This document shows positions 12,786 through 25,949 of a DNA stretch of 64,000 nt, piece after piece. This DNA is from Podarcis filfolensis (Eukaryota), in the NCBI GenBank assembly GCA_964270895.1, contig OZ185439.1; one strand, given 5' to 3'. A program made the position numbers and the translations under genes. Position 1 is the first letter of the stretch, and every line of letters begins with the position of its first letter. The notes under the pieces are model-generated. The model was not told the DNA's origin, ran no database searches, and saw only the letters and a list, made by a program, of their open reading frames with translations.

Positions 12786-13723
12786 GTTAATTCCATCCAG
12801 ACCCCACCTGGAAGGCATCTAACTGCCATCAACGTAGTTCTATCAAGTCTGATGGAATAATGCAGACATTATCACCAGCTCCGCTCCTGCAGCTGATCTG
12901 GGAGAAAGACTGCTTCTGGGGTGAGACTCCTTTTTATCAATGGCAAGGCAGCCAGAACCACCACTGACATTGACAGGGAGTTGTTGCTCTTGTAGAGACA
13001 GAATTTGCATAAGCAAAACTATCTATATAACTGCATTATAAGAACTGTAACTTTTTAAAAAAAACTTAGCTTGCTTTTCCTTTCTCCCTCCCATTCCTTT
13101 TACCTCATGTGCCATGTCTAGATTGTGAGCTGGAGGGCAAGGACCATCTTAGCACAGAGTTCTGTAAGCTGCTCTGAGAGCCTTTTTGGCTAAAGGGCAT
13201 GATATAAATGCCATAAATTAATAAGACCCTTTTGCTATCCCTTTGGGAAAAATATGTCCTAAAGCCTCATTTCTTTCCTGAGTACATGTTTGCTTAAATC
13301 TTGTTTTCCAAATGGCATAACATTATCTCTCACCTTAATTACAATACATGGTGGTGACAGCATTAGCTTTGCACCATCTCCTCCCTGGAAGAGCATGCAG
13401 CATCAGATGCCATGAAATGCAATTAAGTGTCGCTCAGGCAGCCAGACTGGGCTATATTGGCTTGCTTTTCCTTCAGAATCCACAAGCAGCTCATTGTAGT
13501 AGCTACTCAGCCAGAGCAGGCTGATATCTTTGGTGACCTGGCAGGCATGCGGGAAGGGAACCAAATTGCCTCCTAACCAGTTCATGACCTCTGTGCCTTT
13601 TCATTATATAGGATCCCAGTTAGCAGCTACTTAGTAGGAAACCACCTAGGAGAAACTGTACATTGGCTTGCATGCATGCAGACTAAACAGAAGCAAAACA
13701 AGCATGTCACATCACTGCTAGTA

Positions 13724-14109
13724 AAGGTAAAAGGTCAATGACCCCTGGACGATTAAGTCCAGTCAAAGACGACTATGGGGTGCGGCGCTCATCTCGCTTC
13801 AGGCCGAGGGAGCCAACGTTTTTCCGCAGACATCTTTCCGGGTCAGCATCCAGCATAACTAAACTGTTTCTGGTGCAACAGAGCACCGTGACGGAAGCCA
13901 GAGCACACGGAAATGCTGTTTACCTTCCCGCCGCAGCAGTATCTATTTATCTACTTGCATGGTGTGTTTTTGAACTGCTAGGTTGGCAAGAGCTGGGACA
14001 GAGCAATGGGAGCTCCCCCCTCCTCATGTGCACAGATTCAAATGGCCAACCTTCCAATCACCAAACCCAAGAGGCTCAGTGGTGTAGATCACAGCCTCAC
14101 CCGTGTCCG
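13724..14109 (-). mobile_element. Sauria SINE with 14-bp TSD
   Basis: TSD CATCACTGCTAGTA at 13710-23 and 14110-23. AAAGGT tail on the left, tRNA-like head on the right. Confidence 0.92.
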
Positions 14110-14124
14110 CATCACTGCTAGTAC

Positions 14125-14240
14125 TGAGGTAGGGTAGCATGGCGTTGAAGAGAGTGGACTGTGAGCCTGAAGTCCTTGGTTCAAATCTTGCCTCGCTATG
14201 AACTCCCTTGATTGCCTTAGACAAACAGCAATCTCACCCT
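14125..14240 (+). mobile_element. Old MIR-like/CORE SINE head
   Basis: A/B-box-like GGTAGCATGGCGTTGAAGAGAGTGGACT...CTTGGTTCAAATCTTGCCTCGC. Similar decayed copies at ~47720-47920, 49840-49980, 50520-50660 and 57620-57740. Confidence 0.45.
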
Positions 14241-15517
14241 ACCATATATTTAAAGCACTCTTTTACCACGCTTCAACAGTCATGGCTTCCCCAAAGGAAT
14301 CCTGGGAACTGGCTCGTTCAATATATGCTTGATCACACAAGCATGCATTGTGCCAAACCTGGAAGTAACCTGAAAACGTCACAAAAATATCACAAAAGGG
14401 CTTTTCCAATGGTGTTTCAAATATACGTGATTTCACTGACACACACAATGCCTCAGAATATAATCCCTCCATGTAAATGGGGGTGTTGCCTGTACCCAAT
14501 GTACCTCTAATGAATTCTGCACCTTCTTAACAGCATAACTAGCTAAGTAGTTAATGTACTCACAAGCTCCCTCTGCCAGCTACTAGACGTTAACTCTGTC
14601 CTTTAAAAATGGCAGTGTAGAATAGACACAATGGAAAATATCACTGTATCTAAAATGCCAATGGTTTGATTCTTGGCTTGGCTCCATTTCCTATTGTTGT
14701 TTACATATTGCCTATAACAGTAATGTCTCGCTCTGAATGTAACTGACCTGTATGAAGGACTCTGTGATTTGAAAACAGAATCATATGTACCTTTGCTACC
14801 TAAGAAAAATCTTTTAATAAAGGAGAGAGAGAGAGACTTACTAGCTCATCAGGCAGTAGGGTAGGGGAAAATCCACTGCAGTAACAATGTTAACCTTTTA
14901 CTCCCAGTGGGATTGTAACAACTACAGTAATAAGAAAATGAAGTTGCAGAAGCACATGGAAAAGATCTGGTCAACTGCTTATCTCTCATGTCTTTATGAA
15001 TCCGAGTAATCCACCATTTTTCTCAAAATGGCATTAACATTACTGCTCTCTTACTATTTATATTATAGTAGTATCTAGGGTATTGCTCTGAAAACTGTTT
15101 TCCTCATTTAGTTACATGAGCACAAACAAAACAACTTGCTGTATGAAAAACACCACAGCCTTTAGTCAAGGGCTGAGTAAATGCCCTTCTCTACTAAAGA
15201 GAATGCGTCTTCTTCTCTATTAAAAGGAAAGTACAGGAGTAGGGAATGGGTCTAGAATTCAAAACCAGCCAACAACTCTTTTGTTTTTGTTTTTTAAAAC
15301 CAAGTTTCTAGACCATATGATTAAGTGAATGAGTCTGAAGGTGTGTGAGCAGTTTCTGCTTAAATCCCAAAATGAACATCTCAGTAGCATTTGCAGCCAT
15401 CAGAAAAGGTGGGGCTTAAGAATCCTGCATGACCCATTGCCCCCCCCATTCCCCAGTAAGAAGGCACGTTATAAACACTGCTCCAAGTTTAAATGATAAA
15501 CTGTATAAATTCATCTA

Positions 15518-15748
15518 CAGTGGTACCTCTGGTTGTGAAGTTAATTCATTCCCGAGCTCCGTTCTTAACTTGAAACTGTTCTCAACCTGAGGAACCACTT
15601 TAGTTAATGGGGCCTCCCACTGCTGCCACGCGATTTCTGTTCTCATCCTGGGGCAAAGTTCTTAACCTGAGGTACTACTTCCGGGTTATTGGAGTCTGTA
15701 ACCCAAAGTGTTTGTAACCTGAGGTGTTTGTAACCCGAGGTACCACTG
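15518..15748 (+). mobile_element. Tc1/mariner MITE, CAGTGGTACCTC family
   Basis: TIR CAGTGGTACCTC / GAGGTACCACTG, TA on both flanks, central TAATGGGGCCTCC. Confidence 0.9.
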
Positions 15749-16133
15749 TATTGTAAAAATGAATTTTAAAGACTATGGAAAACCAACATGGTGCAGGACT
15801 TTACCCTCTAAATGTGTCCAGGGAAAGGAGTCTTCGGCGTTTGGGTTTCTCCTCCAACGGTCTTGGGCTCTCTGCAGAATTAAGTTCCTAAAAGGGAAAG
15901 TGGAGAAAAGAGTGATGTACCTTTGTTGACAGTCAAGTTCTCCATTCAAGGAGGGTCAGAGCATGGCAAAGACTGAAAAAGCTGGAAGTCAGCATTGATG
16001 TAAGATTAGAGTTTTGCTAATTACTTAGAGCAAAGTGACCCAATGTGAGTCCCTCGAGGCCTTTTTTGGCAACCCCCAGGAATATTTGACCTCCGCCACA
16101 GTCCTCCAACTGCCTTCCCAAAGCCAGGTAAAC

Positions 16134-16301
16134 AAAGTGTTGGGCTTTGAGAAGGAGGCATGAGGACTCTGACAGGTTCCTAGAGGCTTCCCACTTCCTT
16201 CCCAAAGTCTAGTTAGCACTTTCCCAGCTTTGAGAAGAAGGTGGAGAGGGCTCTAGGACCCTGTCAGAGCTTCGTGCCTCCTTCCCAAAGCCCAGTGCTT
16301 T
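16134..16301. repeat. Long imperfect inverted repeat (~76-bp arms, ~15-nt loop)
   Basis: Arm 16134-16210 is the approximate reverse complement of arm 16226-16301. Confidence 0.8.
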
Positions 16302-16528
16302 GCTTAAGCAGTTTTGGGAAAACAGCACAAGGGCTGCAGGGGGGCATCAAATGTTGGCCTCTTTTTGAACTGATAGAAAAGACAGTTCCCATTCAAGCTG
16401 GTCATTATAATAATTTTGCCACATTAAGAATTTGGAGGATGTGTCAAAGCTGGCGCAGAATGGGCCAGAATGACCCCCTTACACATAAAACTGCTGTCAA
16501 AAACTGCAATGTGTTAGAGACACTTGAG

Positions 16529-16529
<1 letters not shown>

Positions 16530-16568
<39 letters not shown>
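16530..16568. repeat. (CA)n microsatellite
   Basis: About 19 perfect units. Confidence 0.98.
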
Positions 16569-16569
<1 letters not shown>

Positions 16570-17199
16570 TAACTTCTTCATAGCCAGAATCCATCTGGAA
16601 CACAACTGAATGGCCTAGAATGGAGACTTCCAAACTAGCAAAGCTAGCCAAATTCATCAGAATGAGTAAACCACAAAATGTCCACAGAAGCCACATTCCA
16701 ATACCAGTTCTGGGCCATAAATGATATTCCCCACCATAAAATGGCCTAAATTGTCAACTTCTGAGCTGAGTTAACCAAATTCACCAGTCACACAAGTCTA
16801 GAAAGGAATCCTGAAGAAAACTTCCACAGAAATCATGGTCAAATATCCAATCCAAGCATTAAAGGCATTTTGGATTGATGCAACGAGCCATGGTTCATCC
16901 ACAGAAACCATGCCCCAATATTCATTCCAAGCGTTAAGAGCTACTCCAAAAACTGGAATGTCAAGTTCTGACCCAGCAGAGCCAGCCAAATTAATGTCAC
17001 ATTGGACCCAATGGGCACGATGAAGTAAGCCACAAAACCTCCACAGATACCATATTTCAATATGCATTGCAGAACATAAACCATTTTCTGTGCAAACAGC
17101 CCAGAATGCCTCCTTCTGAGCCAGTCAAACTAACTAAATTCACCAGTGACACGTGACTGGGTATGGGCTGTAACATCAATTTGCAAGCCAGGCAAAGCA

Positions 17200-17640
17200 C
17201 TCCAATTCACACATTAGAATGTAAGAAGAGTCTTGTTGCAGTGGACCAAAGGTCCATCTAGTACAGCACCCGATTCTCACAGTGGCAAACCAGATGCCTA
17301 GGGGAAGCTCAGAAGCAGGCGGGACCCAAGTACAACAGTAGTCACTCCACTTGGTATCCCCTGCCAATGGTATCCAGTGCCATACAGCCTCTCACCGTGG
17401 AAGTAAAACAGAGCCATCAGGTCTTGGAAACCTTAACCTCTATGAACTCATTTAACCTTTTTTAAAAGTCATCCCAGCCATCACTCCATCTTGTGGGAGC
17501 AAATTCCATACTTTAATTATGTGTTGTGTGAAGACGTAGTTTCTGTGGTTTGTCCTTATCCAAATCATATAACATTCAGCTTCATTCATTGAATGCCCCA
17601 GGTTCTGGCATTGTGATACAAGTGGTGGGGAAACTTCTCA
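17200..17640 (-). mobile_element. CR1 LINE 3' fragment
   Basis: TAAGAAGAGTCTTGTTGCAGTGGACCAAAGGTCCATCTAGTACAGCA...AAATTCCATACTTTAATTATGTGTTGTGTGAAG, the typical reversed CR1 3' end. Confidence 0.7.
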
Positions 17641-20450
17641 TTTCACTAACTGTACAAAGGACTGAAAGTGTGGTTGCACCATAGATTTATATAATGGTGT
17701 TATGATATTGGCAGTTTTATTTTCGGTTTTATTTTCAGCACTGCCTAATGATCCCTAACATGGAATTCTCCTTTTTTTCACAGCTGCCACACACTTGGTC
17801 AAAATCTTCATCGAGCTAGCCCCTGTGACTTCTCAAGGTCACACTCCTCATCTGGAACTCATCCTAGCAGAGGCAGATTCTGTGTAAAAGAGGTGAGATT
17901 CAGCCTCAGGGATTTTGAAGGTGCAAACTGAAGTTTTATGTCTCTCCAGTGCCTTACTCCATTACTGTTAAATGGACAATTGAAGCAGTTTGTTAGCAGT
18001 TATTATTATTACTCAGGAATTTGGTTGGTTTGTCTAGCTCACAAGTTGCCATTCCAGGTACTTTTTTTCCAGAATACCATTTATGGTCCAAAGCAAGAAC
18101 CCAAATGTGGTTTCTCTGGGTGTTTTACAATTTACATCATTCTAATCTGTTTCTCTGTGAGTTGTGAATATGCCTCTTTTGTATTGCTCAGATGGTGGAG
18201 TTCCAAGCAGGATTTTCCCCACCTTATATATCCGCACTTCAGAGGTATCATGAGGTTGTCTCTGCATTTTCCATCCAATCTTTGAAGCCATATGGTCTAG
18301 TCATTGGCTTTTTCCTAACTTATTTTAATAGAAAGCTGAGTTTGATGGTATACTGAATTCTACATTTATGGGATGCACTATGTTGGGAATGCATTATGTT
18401 GGGAAGCATCGTAGCAACACATTCCTTTCAAACAGATGATTAAAAAAACACCATTAATTTTAAAATGGTTTCTGGAACCTTGCCTTATGCACAGCTTCTC
18501 ACGGATAGAGATTTGTGTGCCACTCTTTTACAATCACGTTTTGCCCACTTTAAGACCTGGGTGTCAGTGTGGCACTGCCCACATTTCTCAGAACAGGAAA
18601 TAATGCATCAAAACCTAAGTGTGCAAACATACATCAAACACTCTTTTCAAAGGATCCAGAAGTCAAAACTGGTATTTCACAGTGTGTTTTTACCACTGAA
18701 CTATTGCCCAATGTAGATTGTCTCCAAAATACCTTTATAAATTCTGCTTGACATGTACAGTATGCCCATCTCCATTTAAAAATAGAGGAAGCTTACATGC
18801 TAATGCTTGTGGGATGCAAAAGGCGAGCCGTGCTTCATTAGATTTGAAGGGACGGTTCTCTCCTGGTTAGGCCTCTGGCTTGGCCATATTGAATTACAAC
18901 GCTAAACAGAACAGGAAGGATCTGCCTGCCTAATTCTGTTTGATAGATCGCTTTGTCATTTTCAGATGCCAGATTGGAGATAGCCGCCGCCTCCTTGGCA
19001 AAGAATGGTGCTTTAGAGCTCTAGGCTATCAGGAGCAAGCGCTAATGTAACCCAGCATATGCACAGAGACTGCTAGCTTGCTGTAAAATAATTGCTGCAG
19101 TTTCTCCAAAAATTATGGCAACCCATTTTCTAGCAAGTTGCTTCTAGGATTAACTAAACTGGACAAGCTAGATCAGCAGCAACAGCTTTGGCTGCTAATG
19201 TGACATCCCATTGTCAGTACATACCTACAGATGTTCTATGTAGGTTATAAACAGGTTAGGTTTTTATGAACTGAGGTAAAGCATTGGTGCCACCATGCCC
19301 TTAACAAAGATGACCCTAATTTCTTCCTTAACTAGTGCCTCTGGTCACACAGGTTTTTTAGGTTTGTTTGGCCTGAGAAAAGAATTGGAGAAATAGATAT
19401 AAATGCCACACCCAACAATGTTTAGGAATTTAGAAAGTTGCCAGATACCAAGTCATACCATTGGTCTACCCAGCTCAGTGACAAACTGATGTGCTGGGAT
19501 GTGGGGCAGGGGTTCAAGAACAGAGCTTCTCCATGCCCCCCCAACATGAAACAAATTAGCATGGATTAGTAATTAGTAAGGGGAGAGGACACACAGCTGA
19601 AAGATGCATTTCCGTATGGCAGGATATATTCCTGGGAAAGCGGGGGGAACAGGTTGGCTAAGGGAGAAACAGATGATGATGTCTAAATCCTTTAATAGTT
19701 CATTCAAGCTCTGCACAGATTTAATATTGAAGTGAGGGAGATTATGAGCAAGGAAAACTCTGGGCTTAACTTCATTTACCTTTCCTCTGCTCTTTCCAAA
19801 ACTTGGTGTAGAAAGAAAAAGAATTTGGTTCTTAGGTACAATATTGATAATTCCATACTTAATTGCCTGTGCTCAAACAAACCTGCAAGAGATTTAAGAT
19901 CCATGGCAGAGATTCTACTCCTTTGCCTGCCACAGAGAAGGTTTATGCTACTGGGCATGAAAGATAGTGGCTCTATGTGGGTGGTCCCATGAATGTGAAA
20001 CTCCCTCTCCTGAGAGATACAATCAGCCGCCTCTTTGTTCTCATTTAAATGGGCTCTAAAAACATTTTAATTTTTGATTCTATTTAACTTTTTCATCTCA
20101 TTTGTTGTGTTAGATCCATCCCCTCATTTTATGGTGTGATGACTTACGGCTCTGGTATTTATCCCCCACCCCACCCCATTTTATTCTATGATGTGATGAC
20201 CTAGAGTGAAGAAATACATTTCAACCCTGAAAAATATTTGTATTCATGACTGGCTTACCAAGGGTTCTTTTCTGTTCTTTTTTATGAGGCTGGTAGAATT
20301 GGATTAGTGTAAAATGTTTCACCACTGCAATTATTATTGGTGCACTGTTGTATTTTGATATGTCTTTTGTTTTTATATGTTGCAAGCTACTGTAAGAAGA
20401 CTATATATATTGAATGGCAGCATTAAATGAGTGAATGCATTCATTAAGCA

Positions 20451-20461
20451 AAGAAGAAGAA

Positions 20462-20506
<45 letters not shown>
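20451..20506. repeat. (GAA)n microsatellite
   Basis: About 18 units with one GAG interruption. Confidence 0.97.
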
Positions 20507-21149
20507 ATTGGATAACATTTTTTTAAAAAACCCCAACTTGTGAATTCCAAAAGTTCTGCTAAAACTGGCCTCTCAAAGTCATTTTTCACCTTTGGACATG
20601 GAGAATTTGCTCTTCTGTTGCTGCAAACTATAATGGGTCTGTCACAATTGTGGATATTAATGGGCACCTGACCTTTCCAGTGCCTTACACTGGGGTCACT
20701 TCAAAATGGTTTTATGTCTTTGGTTAGAAGAAGTGTTCTTAAGAGAGAACTTCATTTAGTCTCATCTATTTTTAGTTAATCCAACTCTTCAGACAGCAAG
20801 CAAGGTCAGCAAATCTTCACCAGAAGGTCACAAACCCACGATGCAGCACTATGTAAGTCGCCAGGCCATTAATTATTCCACAGAACAAACTCTACTCTAC
20901 TTCTTTGGTTAGACTGGTTACCATCTGTAGTTAAAGTAGAAGTAGAGATACTGAAAGCTGAATACATGATATCTTTATTTTCTGGCTGGCAGAAAGAAGC
21001 AAGTGCTTGGGCCTCATTGTTAGAAATCTTTGTGTGAACAGATCTGTATGGGATTGGGCTGCTTGTTTGCAGACTAGGACATCTGTTTCTGTTTGGTGTG
21101 CATGGAACACATAGAAATGTCTTCTCCACTGAGCCGGCCCACTTTGACA

Positions 21150-21624
21150 TGGAGTGAAGCAGCTGCCTCAGGCAGCGGAAACAGAAGAGGCGGCACTCCT
21201 AGAAGTGCTCCACCCGGACACTGCCGAGGAAGCAACCCAGGTAAGGGAGGCTATTGTGGCAGTGAAGCAGCACAGATGCAGCTGCAGAGGTGAGGTCGAT
21301 TGGTAACTCACAGCACCTGGTGGCAAGAGCCGGGAAGGGATATAAGACCAGCATTTCCCTTCGGCTCTTTGCCACAGCAACACACTTCCTGCCTTGCTGC
21401 GCTTGGATTCTTGACTCCTTGCTTCCTGATCCTCGGACCCTTGGCTTCTTGACTCCTTGTTTCCTGATCCTCAAACCCTTGACTCCTCGACTCCTGGTTT
21501 CCTGAGCCTCGGACCCTTGGCTTCCGGACTTCTGGCTTCCGGACTCCTGTTCCTGCTCCCACCCCACCATCTTGCCCCCGGTCGCAATGTCCTCTGCCAG
21601 GACTTCGTAAACCAGACCGTGACA
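21150..21624 (+). mobile_element. LTR-like fragment with an internal ~38-bp tandem array
   Basis: GC-rich, TATA-like TATAAG at 21341, three ~38-bp units TCTTGACTCCTTGCTTCCTGATCCTCGGACCCTTGGCT from ~21409, ends in ...GTGACA. No 5' TG end or TSD found. Confidence 0.55.
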
Positions 21625-23718
21625 TTCAACTCAACCAGTTGGCGAGAGGGGAGGAGTTCACTCACCCAGCTTTGCTGCCAGCTGGGAAGGAGCTTTGGAA
21701 AAAGGAACGGATTTGGTCTTCTTGATGACCCAATGGCCTGATCTAGCGTACATTAGACAACCCAGCCATATTTCAGCCCAGGATGTTCTGCCCCACTTGG
21801 AAAATGGATGCTTGATTAGAGATGTAGGAGGACTCAGAAATTAAAACAACATAACTAGCTTTGCTTGGAATATAAAACTCTGGCTCTGGGTCTGCACCTC
21901 TCTCATTGCAAGGACCTGCAAGAAAAGGTTGCCATATGGAGTGCTTCTACTCAGGGTTCCAGCCAGCTGTGTGCATTCCAGAATATGACATTCCACTCTC
22001 CCTCTTCATTTTTCTGGTTTCTATTTTTTGTCTTCCAGATGTCAGCCAGTAAGTTAGTATTCCATGCTCACTAAGCATGCTCAGTTTGCACTGGTTTGTT
22101 TTTGAGGGTTTCCCCTTAGGCTTTTTTTCTCTAAAGTTTTTTTTTGTACTTCAGCAAATGGTGAGATTTCTCCAAGCCTGCCTCTTCCATGTGAATGGTG
22201 TCATTTTGGCTAGATAAGGATCATAAGGATCCACAGTTGGACAAAAATTCATTATATATCATCAGTGAAGTTGATACTTTACCAAGCAACATATGCAAAA
22301 AAAGAGACGTCCCTGCGGGATTAATTTCATTTCTAAATCTTCTTGAAAAGTACTACTAAATAAAATAGTGTTACAATCTCTAAAACATTGTTCTTAAAGA
22401 CAGAGGTCCTTTTATTGTTCAGGAAATTATTCATTATGCTAACTACTTTGCACCACAGTTGAAAGGCCAAGAAAGAGTATCATCATTTATCACAGAAAGT
22501 CTTGAGCGGAAAGAAGCCTGAATGCTAATTTTTACTGCGCATTGATTGTTTAGACTAGAGTTAGAAAAAACAAATGGGTAGTCTATTTGTTACGGAATTG
22601 TTTTCATATCCAGACAAATGTCGCAGCAGGTTTAGAAGGTTGTTTTGTTGGTGCTCTGTATGGGGAATCCTGTTTCTTGCAAGACTTTACAAATGGAAGA
22701 ACTATAATGTTTATGTCAGTCGCTTACAGTTTTTTATTCATCTTCCTCCAATGGCTTTATCTTATTTAAAGGGCATCTCTTGCAGGGTATACAGGGTTGT
22801 TGTGAGATAAAATAACTTCTCAGTCTCAGTAATAAATATTTTTTAATAAATAAATATTTATGAAAATATCAGAGCGGTTTACAACAAAACATTTTTATGT
22901 GTTTATTTAATCAACTTTTAATAAAATATCAAAAAGAAGAGTTATTCCCCTCCTTCCTGAAGGAAAATGGGCAATGCCCTTTCTAACATGGTGTTGCCAA
23001 CTGCAATTTTCATAATTACTTGCATCAAAAAATTATTTATGAAAATGAAATTGCTCCCTAATTAACTGTGATATCTTTTTACATTAATTGATTTTAAAAA
23101 CTTCTGATAAACTAATCAGTTATGGCTACAATCCACTTGCCTAGGAGTGATGGGTAAATTGCACTGTTGCATGTTGCAGCCCTAAAACATCAGCATCTTT
23201 AAATTAAGTCAATATTTCATTTACAACTTAAGGTATATTTGAGCTGACACTTTTCCCTGCTGCTGTTGTTCACATGAAGAGAGCAGCAAAAGCGTAATTT
23301 AGACATTCATCCTATATTTGTTCACCGTCAAACTACCTTATACTTAGATTAGACCCACTGAAAACAATAAACAGAAGTTACTTAGACCCATTTATTTCAA
23401 TAGGTCTACTACTCTAAGTATGACTAACAATGGATCTCACCCAGTGTCTGTAAGACTTTACACACAAAGGCTTCGATTGCACATTCAGGGAACCTTTGAC
23501 TTTGGTAACATTGTGCCCTGAAGGGAGCCAAAAGTTGGCACCCCCAAGTATTTATTATTTTCACAATAATTCATGCTGGTACAGTTGCTTTTTAATGGCT
23601 CTTTTCAATAGGTTCCCAAATAAGGTGGTACTGTTATTTATTATTATTATTATTTTGCACCCCTCAGCTCAGTGCCCTATACAAGGGAACCACCCACACC
23701 ACCCTAAATCCAAAGCTG

Positions 23719-24035
23719 CCTTAGGACTTGCCAGTCAGAAGGTCGGTGGTTCGAAACCCCACGACGGGGTGGGCTCCCGTTGCTTGGTCCCTGCTCCTGC
23801 CAACCTAGCAGTTCGAAAGCACGCCAAATTGCAAGTAGATAAATAGGTACTGCTCCGGCGGGAAGGTAAATGGCGTTTCTGTGCACTGCTCTGGTTCGCC
23901 AGAAGCGGCTTAGTCATGCTGGCCACATGACCCAAAAGCTGTACGCCGGCTCCCTCGGCCAAGAAAGCGAGATGAGCGTTGCAACCCCAGAGTCGGCCAC
24001 GACTGGACCTAATGGTCAGGGGTCCCTTTTCCTTT
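23719..24035 (+). mobile_element. Sauria SINE, 5'-truncated
   Basis: Matches the other Sauria SINE copies from TAGGACTTGCC to GGGGTCCCTTTTCCTTT. Confidence 0.9.
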
Positions 24036-24854
24036 AAACAGGTTTTAAAAACTTTTATTTTGCTTCAAAAACCTGCAAAACCTTTTTGACCAGAGACTAC
24101 AGTGGGACAAAAGAAAATATGAGTGCTTATGCCACACACAATAGTTTTATCACACTTTCAACACTGGAAAAATCCTGTTCTGTCTTCTCTTCTTGGACAC
24201 CTTATTGATTTGTTTCTGCTAAATAATTTTATCAGAAGCTAAACTGGACTAATTGACCATCCATTTTCAAAGTGTCCCTCTTTTCTAGGGAACTGCATAA
24301 ATATATTGCAGGTGTATGGGTGTGATTTGGGGATGGGTGAGCCTGCAGTGCCAGCATGCGGGGTCTAATGCTGGAGGAAATGAAAATATTTGTGGTAGAA
24401 TAGTGAAAAACAAACTGAAATGAAAGTGGCAGTGCAGAGCAGACTTTTAACAGACACTGACTTGGAGATCACACTGGAGATGTTAGGAGCCTCTTCCAAG
24501 CCAAGGATGTCAAGCAAATCGATAATCAACTCAGCATTTCCCAGAAAATTAAATTGGAGTCGGTGCTCTCCTATTTTGAGAAGGGATTGCAATTACATTT
24601 GGGAGATTCCTAGACTCCAAAGAAACAATGCCAAATGCTTCTGATATTCCAAACATAACAAGTTGAAAGTACAGTATCTAAACAAAACATAAAATATTAT
24701 GGAGCCAAGCCAGGTATTGTCTCATCGGTGGGGCTCCCACTTCAATAGCAGTAATACAGTCACGGAACACTAAAGAGCATGTGCTAAGCAAGATTTCCAA
24801 GAGAACTGTAGCATTTTGCTATGTCAGTGCTTCCCCCCAAGGAACTTAACAATC

Positions 24855-25292
24855 CCTCTCACATGAACACAGAATGGAAGATGTCAGGATCCCCACGGAT
24901 GTGCTCTGCGGGGAGCTGGCTTCAGGCACCAGGCCCATCGGCAGACCAACTCTGCAATACAAAGATGTCTGCAGGCATAACACAAAGGCTGGGAACACCA
25001 ACCCCACTATGTGGGAATCCCTTGCAGATAACCACAGTGCCTGGAGACAGGTTGCGCATCCATAGCAGTGACCAGAGGAGGAATGACCGCTAGGAGGAAC
25101 ACAGAGAGAGGAAACACCATGGTGCAGCTGCACCAGCACAACTGGACACCTTCATCTGTCTCACCTGCAGCAAAACATCTCTCTCCCATATCAGCCTCTA
25201 CAGCCACAGCAGGCACTGTAACCATCCAACAGTTTGACTTCACCCCCAAAGGCACACTCCTCCCTTGCCTCCCAAGACAGAAAGATGCCAAC
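24855..25292 (+). mobile_element. RTE-clade LINE 3' fragment (decayed)
   Basis: ORF 24874-25065 MEDVRIPTDVLCGELASGTRPIGRPTLQYKDVC...WESLADNHSAWRQ matches the RTE ORF C-terminal pattern. The 3' end CTCCCAAGACAGAAAGATGCCAACA recurs at ~28845-28868. Confidence 0.85.
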
Positions 25293-25592
25293 ATGCACCC
25301 CACCCTTCCTCTTGGGCAGTGGTAGGGATGCATTTTCAGACTGATGGCTACATTCCCTTCTGAGCAACATGCCAGCTAGTTTCTACACCCCTCTCTGTCC
25401 TCCATCAAGGCAAGAAAGAGGAATTCTCACAGCTTGTGGGCACATTCTAGTCAGGCAAAAACTTTCAGATGTGAAGCAGAGCCAGTGAGGGGTGTGGCTT
25501 AAGGAGAGGAGGTGTGGCCTGGAGAATGTTCAGTGCATCAGATAAAGAGGCCTGCATTTGGACCCTGGGTCTGAGGTTCCTCAGCCCTGGTT

Positions 25593-25949
25593 CAAAACCT
25601 CCAAGTGTCCCTATATTCCAGGGACAGTCCCAGATTTACAGAAGCCGTCCCCATTTCTGATTTGATCCCAGAATGGCCCACTTTTCCTTAGGGCGTCCCT
25701 ATTTTCATCAGATAAATGTTGGAAGGTATGGACCCCTGAGCCAAGGAGATAAGTAACTATGCAACCATTAGAAGCCATTTGAAAGCAGCCCTGTATAGGG
25801 AAGTTTCAAATGTTTGATGTTTTATTGTGTTTTTACATATGTTGGAAGCTGGGGCACACCAATCAGATGGGCAGGGTATAAATAATAAAATTATTATTAT
25901 TATGGAGTAGAAGATCCCTATTTCCATTGGAGAAATGTTGGTGGGTATG
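25593..25949 (+). mobile_element. Composite TIR element carrying an L2 3' end, copy 1
   Basis: Ends CAAAACCTCCAAG / TTGGTGGGTATG. 6-bp flanks CTGGTT / CTGTTT. Direct repeats 25697-25730 and 25916-25949 bracket an L2 tail. Confidence 0.85.

Noticed and set aside
20401-20667. ORF with a poly-Ser tract (also poly-HT/VC ORFs at 16241-16696)
   Set aside because: Translations of the (GAA)n and (CA)n microsatellites.
21405-21560. Short direct repeats superficially like a CRISPR array
   Set aside because: The units abut without unique spacers, the context is eukaryotic, and there are no cas genes.
21168-21741. Several overlapping 64-123 aa ORFs with repetitive peptides (e.g. GSQKSGSQGSEAQE)
   Set aside because: They are translations of the ~38-bp tandem array in an LTR-like fragment. 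ORFs are open on both strands, as expected for GC-rich stop-poor repeats.
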